Positions 60,516 through 64,000 of a stretch of 64,000 nt of DNA are shown piece by piece. A program made the translations under genes and the position numbers. The notes below the pieces were generated by a model that saw only the letters and a program-made list of their open reading frames with translations, was not told the origin of the DNA and made no database searches. The DNA is taken from positions 259,448 through 323,447 of the forward strand of contig JAHPZE010000003.1 of NCBI GenBank assembly GCA_019058365.1, read 5' to 3'. This DNA comes from Promethearchaeota archaeon. Lineage in GTDB: Archaea > Asgardarchaeota > Lokiarchaeia > Sigyniarchaeales > SOKP01. Position 1 is the stretch's first letter; each line of letters begins with the position of its first letter.

Positions 60516-61022
60516 TTAAACTGATAATGTTCCCATTTTCACAGATAACATATATTGGAGTAAAAAAAAACTTATAGTAATCATTAATACTCCAATTAGT
60601 AAAATCCAAACTGCCATTTTTTTATTATATACATATTTAGATGCTTGATATAATAAAATAAATCCCATTGAACAAAAAATAATCAATATTGATGCTATAA
60701 TACCTTCAATAATAAAACTTTCATGAACATCAGCATAAATAAATACAGCTTTTCCAGCAGAATTAGATCCCAAAGCAGGAGGCTTTCGAACCATTAAATA
60801 AACAACTCCGGTCTGAAGGACGAATAAAATTATTAAAATACTTACTACACTTAAAGATCTTGATGGCATCGGAAGGGAAATTCTTGGGAGTCTCATTTTA
60901 GGGAAACCAATTTTGGGTTTTCTTAATGAATTTCCAAAAATCCAAGGAGTTCTACTTTTAATTTTTTCTAAAACTGTTTCTGATCCAATTATTTCCTCTT
61001 TCATAGATGTATCTTTTTGCAT
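60516..61022 (-). CDS. OST3/OST6-family, OSTC(DC2)-like oligosaccharyltransferase subunit
   Basis: GVVYLMVRKPPALG, FIIEGIIASIL...GFILL, three TM helices, no thioredoxin domain. Confidence 0.7.
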   Translation of the reverse strand: MQKDTSMKEEIIGSETVLEKIKSRTPWIFGNSLRKPKIGFPKMRLPRISLPMPSRSLSVVSILIILFVLQTGVVYLMVRKPPALGSNSAGKAVFIYADVHESFIIEGIIASILIIFCSMGFILLYQASKYVYNKKMAVWILLIGVLMITISFFLLQYMLSVKMGTLSV

Positions 61023-61091
61023 AAATTATGAAATAATTATTAAATAAAATTTATTAAGTTTTTCATAGAGTCTTTTATTGACTCTTATAAT

Positions 61092-62588
61092 TTAACATAA
61101 CTTTCTCAGTAAACTAATTAAGATATTCCAAACCTTTTCTACAGATTTAATAAGTAATCGTTCATCTGGTGAATGAGCACCTTCATTTCTAGGCCCTATT
61201 GAAATCATTTCCATTTGAGGAAACTTTTTTTTAAGAATTCCACACTCTAAACCAGCATGAATAGCTTTAATTTTTATATCTTCATTAAATAATTCATAAT
61301 ATGTTTTCTTACATTTTGCTAATAGTTTGGATTGAAAATTCGGTGTCCATCCGGGATAATCAGAATCTTTTTTTATATTGATTTCTAATTCACTCATTTC
61401 TAATAGAACTTTTGTTTTTTCCCATATTACTTTTTTAAAATATTCACTTAAACTTCTTTGGCTAACTTTGAGTTCTATGTCTTTTTCACCTGTATTTATT
61501 GTCCCAAAATTAGATGATGTAAATACTAAGCCCCCAATTTGAGGATGCATCGAAATAGGTCCATTTGGAATTAGGTACATTATGTCTAATAATTTATCTT
61601 GAACTTTTTTTGATAATACATTACTAAAATTATAATCTTCTAATTTTTCAATTGATAGAACTAAATTCGGTTCAATCCCATCAAAAACTACTTTTATTTC
61701 ATTAAAGGTGTTCTTTATAAAAGAAAATATCTCCGAGGATTTATTTTTTTCAATATAAAAGATTGCCTTTCCTTCTCTAGGTATGGCGTTAGTTCTATTA
61801 CCTCCTTCTATTGAACAAAAATGAATCAAAAATTTTTGATTTAATTTCCAGAGAAGCTGACCAATGATTTTTAAAGCATTTCCTCTTCCTAAATGAATAT
61901 CTACTCCTGAGTGTCCTCCTAATAACCCAGAAATAAAAATTTTTATAGGCATGAAATTTTCAATGGTTTGATTTAAATCTATTGTATCCTTTTTTATTTC
62001 GATGAAATGAACTAGACCACCTGCGCACCCTATAGTTACCGCATCATCTTCTTCTGAATCAAGGTTTATCAGAAAATTTCCATCTATAAAATTTTTATCA
62101 ATATTAAATGCACCTCGTAAACCTTGTTCCTCATCTATAGTAAATAAAAGATCCAATCCCATGGAATTAAATTCTAAATCTCCCTGCTGTATTTTCTTCA
62201 TTAGAGTTAACATATAACATATTCCTACTCCATTATCAGCTCCTAATGTAGTACCTTCAGCTGTAAGCCACTTTTCATTTTCTATTTCTTCAATTTTTAA
62301 TTTCAATGGATCTTTTGAAAAATTATGAGTTATAGATTCATTTTTTTCACATACCATATCCATATGGCATTGTAAAACACTTTTTGTTTTTTTTTTTGTT
62401 TTTGGTGGAATATTGATTACTAGGTTTCCAGTAGAATCAATCATATTCTTAAAACCTAATCTCTCTGATTCCTCCTTTATAAAGATCCGAATTTTCTCTT
62501 CATGCTCAGAGCATCGAGGAATTTTAGAAACCTTTTCGAAATATTCCCAAAATTCAGAAGGTTGCCCTAAATCTTTTAAATTTAGCAA
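61092..62588 (-). CDS. pepD: Xaa-His dipeptidase PepD (M20C)
   Basis: HMDMVCEK, GTTLGADNG, DEEQG, NLDSEE, GGHSG, IHAGLECG, AHSPDE. Confidence 0.92.
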   Translation of the reverse strand: MLNLKDLGQPSEFWEYFEKVSKIPRCSEHEEKIRIFIKEESERLGFKNMIDSTGNLVINIPPKTKKKTKSVLQCHMDMVCEKNESITHNFSKDPLKLKIEEIENEKWLTAEGTTLGADNGVGICYMLTLMKKIQQGDLEFNSMGLDLLFTIDEEQGLRGAFNIDKNFIDGNFLINLDSEEDDAVTIGCAGGLVHFIEIKKDTIDLNQTIENFMPIKIFISGLLGGHSGVDIHLGRGNALKIIGQLLWKLNQKFLIHFCSIEGGNRTNAIPREGKAIFYIEKNKSSEIFSFIKNTFNEIKVVFDGIEPNLVLSIEKLEDYNFSNVLSKKVQDKLLDIMYLIPNGPISMHPQIGGLVFTSSNFGTINTGEKDIELKVSQRSLSEYFKKVIWEKTKVLLEMSELEINIKKDSDYPGWTPNFQSKLLAKCKKTYYELFNEDIKIKAIHAGLECGILKKKFPQMEMISIGPRNEGAHSPDERLLIKSVEKVWNILISLLRKLC

Positions 62589-62684
62589 TATTATCCCTTT
62601 TAATTAAAATATATATATTATTTCATTTATGATAATTATAAAATAACACTAAATTCCTTATAACTTTATTTAAAGGCTTATCAA

Positions 62685-63806
62685 ATGAGTTGGAAAGATT
62701 TATATTCAGAAGTAAAGAAGCGGAAAATGGAAGCCCTAGATAAAAAAGATGTAGTGCAAGCCGTTGAAAAACATGGAAAAATCTTAGCTGTAACTGGAAG
62801 ATATGAAAAACCTAAAAAGGTGATTGAGCACATGTATGCATCATTAAAGAAAGTGATTAGAGAGAAAGAAATTATGAAAGAAGATCTCACACTTTATGAT
62901 GTAGTACTTATTGGATGCCCAGGAAGTGATATCCCATATGCCGCTCATCCAAAAGTTAGAGATTTTGTAATGAATGGTGGATGGTTGATCACAACTGATT
63001 GGGCTATACATAGTATAATTGAAAATATTTTTCCAGGTCATATACGATGGAATCGTGCAAAGACTGCTGATGCCGTTGTTGCTTGTCAAATTATTGATCC
63101 AAATCACCCATTTTTAGAGGGAGTATTAAGTGAAATTCAGCAAAATAAATGGCAAAAACAAACTGTTAAAGATACAAAGAAAGGTGAATTTCGCTGGTGG
63201 CTTGAAACAAGATCTTTTCCTATACAAATTATCAACCATCAAACTGTTAGAGTGCTAATTGGTTCATGGGAAATTCAAAATAAGTGGGGAGAATCCCCTG
63301 TATTAGTAGAGTTTGATTATGGAAAAAAAAATGGTCGAGTAATTCATATGATTAGCCATACGCATTTACAGAAAGGTGGAGCTAAAGGTAAATATGCCTC
63401 TGCTTTGATCTTAACAAATGTTTTAGATGAGAAAATATCTCAAAAAATGGGAATTTCAAAAGTAAAATCACCTCAATATGTCTCTGATTTACAATCTCCT
63501 CAACAACAGAATTATCAACCACCTTTAGAAGAACAATGGGTTTCACCACCTCAACAAAATGATTATATAACACCTGCTACTGGAGAAACGGGATTAACTG
63601 AAACAACTCAAATTATTGAAGTAAATGTTAATAGTTCTGAATTTTCATTTACTAGTAAATGTATTTACTGTGGTTTTGATTTTACTGATCATACAGGGAA
63701 AATATTTACCTGTCAAACGTGTAACGCCCCTTATCATGAAAATTGTATTAATATCCAAGTGAATGAAGGAACGTGCAAAAAATGTGGAAGGATTCTATTA
63801 TGGTAA
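62685..63806 (+). CDS. Alpha/beta N-terminal domain, Q/P-rich linker and C-terminal C4HC3 RING-variant/PHD-like finger
   Basis: CIYC...CQTC....H..C.........CKKC; N-terminal VVLIGCPG / FVMNGGWLITTDW resembles GATase-like or DUF4159 folds. Confidence 0.55.
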   Translation: MSWKDLYSEVKKRKMEALDKKDVVQAVEKHGKILAVTGRYEKPKKVIEHMYASLKKVIREKEIMKEDLTLYDVVLIGCPGSDIPYAAHPKVRDFVMNGGWLITTDWAIHSIIENIFPGHIRWNRAKTADAVVACQIIDPNHPFLEGVLSEIQQNKWQKQTVKDTKKGEFRWWLETRSFPIQIINHQTVRVLIGSWEIQNKWGESPVLVEFDYGKKNGRVIHMISHTHLQKGGAKGKYASALILTNVLDEKISQKMGISKVKSPQYVSDLQSPQQQNYQPPLEEQWVSPPQQNDYITPATGETGLTETTQIIEVNVNSSEFSFTSKCIYCGFDFTDHTGKIFTCQTCNAPYHENCINIQVNEGTCKKCGRILLW

Positions 63807-64000
63807 ATTTTAAAAAAACAGGAAATTATTATTCTGGGATTGCTATTGCTAGTTTTTATTCTCAGGATGTAAATAAAACATTAAAAGCGATTCTTTTTTT
63901 TCGCTATACTAATATCTAATTCAAAGATAATAATAGAAAGAAAAAATAAACAGTACCAAAGGAAGTAGATCTCTAAATCCTATTGAACATTGACTTTTTA

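Noticed and set aside
1064-63573. Short antisense or overlapping ORFs in the track (e.g. 1064..1309, 13372..13785, 37332..37664, 46223..46579)
   Set aside because: Mostly shadow frames of well-supported genes, with no recognisable motifs.
1-64000. CRISPR array or rRNA
   Set aside because: No regularly spaced repeats and no long GC-rich structured RNA visible.
63807-64000. Gene at the right edge
   Set aside because: No convincing open frame in the bases available.

Overview
AT-rich archaeal chromosome segment, most likely Asgard archaea (Lokiarchaeia-like). This rests on eukaryote-signature genes recognised by motif: ribophorin I, OSTC/DC2-like, roadblock, Bet3/V4R pair, a longin-like protein, long Trm112 and a RING-variant protein. 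Left to right: a 7-gene MoxR/DUF58 surface-protein operon led by a giant Ig-repeat protein whose transglutaminase site appears inactivated; cofD and fbiB-type F420 genes with a LipS1-ligase-LipS2 lipoate cluster; bacterial-type leuS and tpiA; a V4R gene pair followed by a 3.2-kb accessory island; a translocon/N-glycosylation neighbourhood; a tRNA-Gln(UUG) split by two non-canonical introns; an oligopeptide ABC operon whose ATPases carry large insertions; and RNA-modification, repair and housekeeping genes. Strongest signals not explained by the ORF track: (1) three synonymously diverged copies of the V4R gene 3' end (25055-25171, 26918-27016, 28321-28361) bracketing two cargo cassettes with no integrase; (2) tRNA introns in the D-loop and T-loop, the latter with a perfect bulge-helix-bulge; (3) a transmembrane hairpin inside an ABC ATPase. 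All family calls are by eye; no searches were run.
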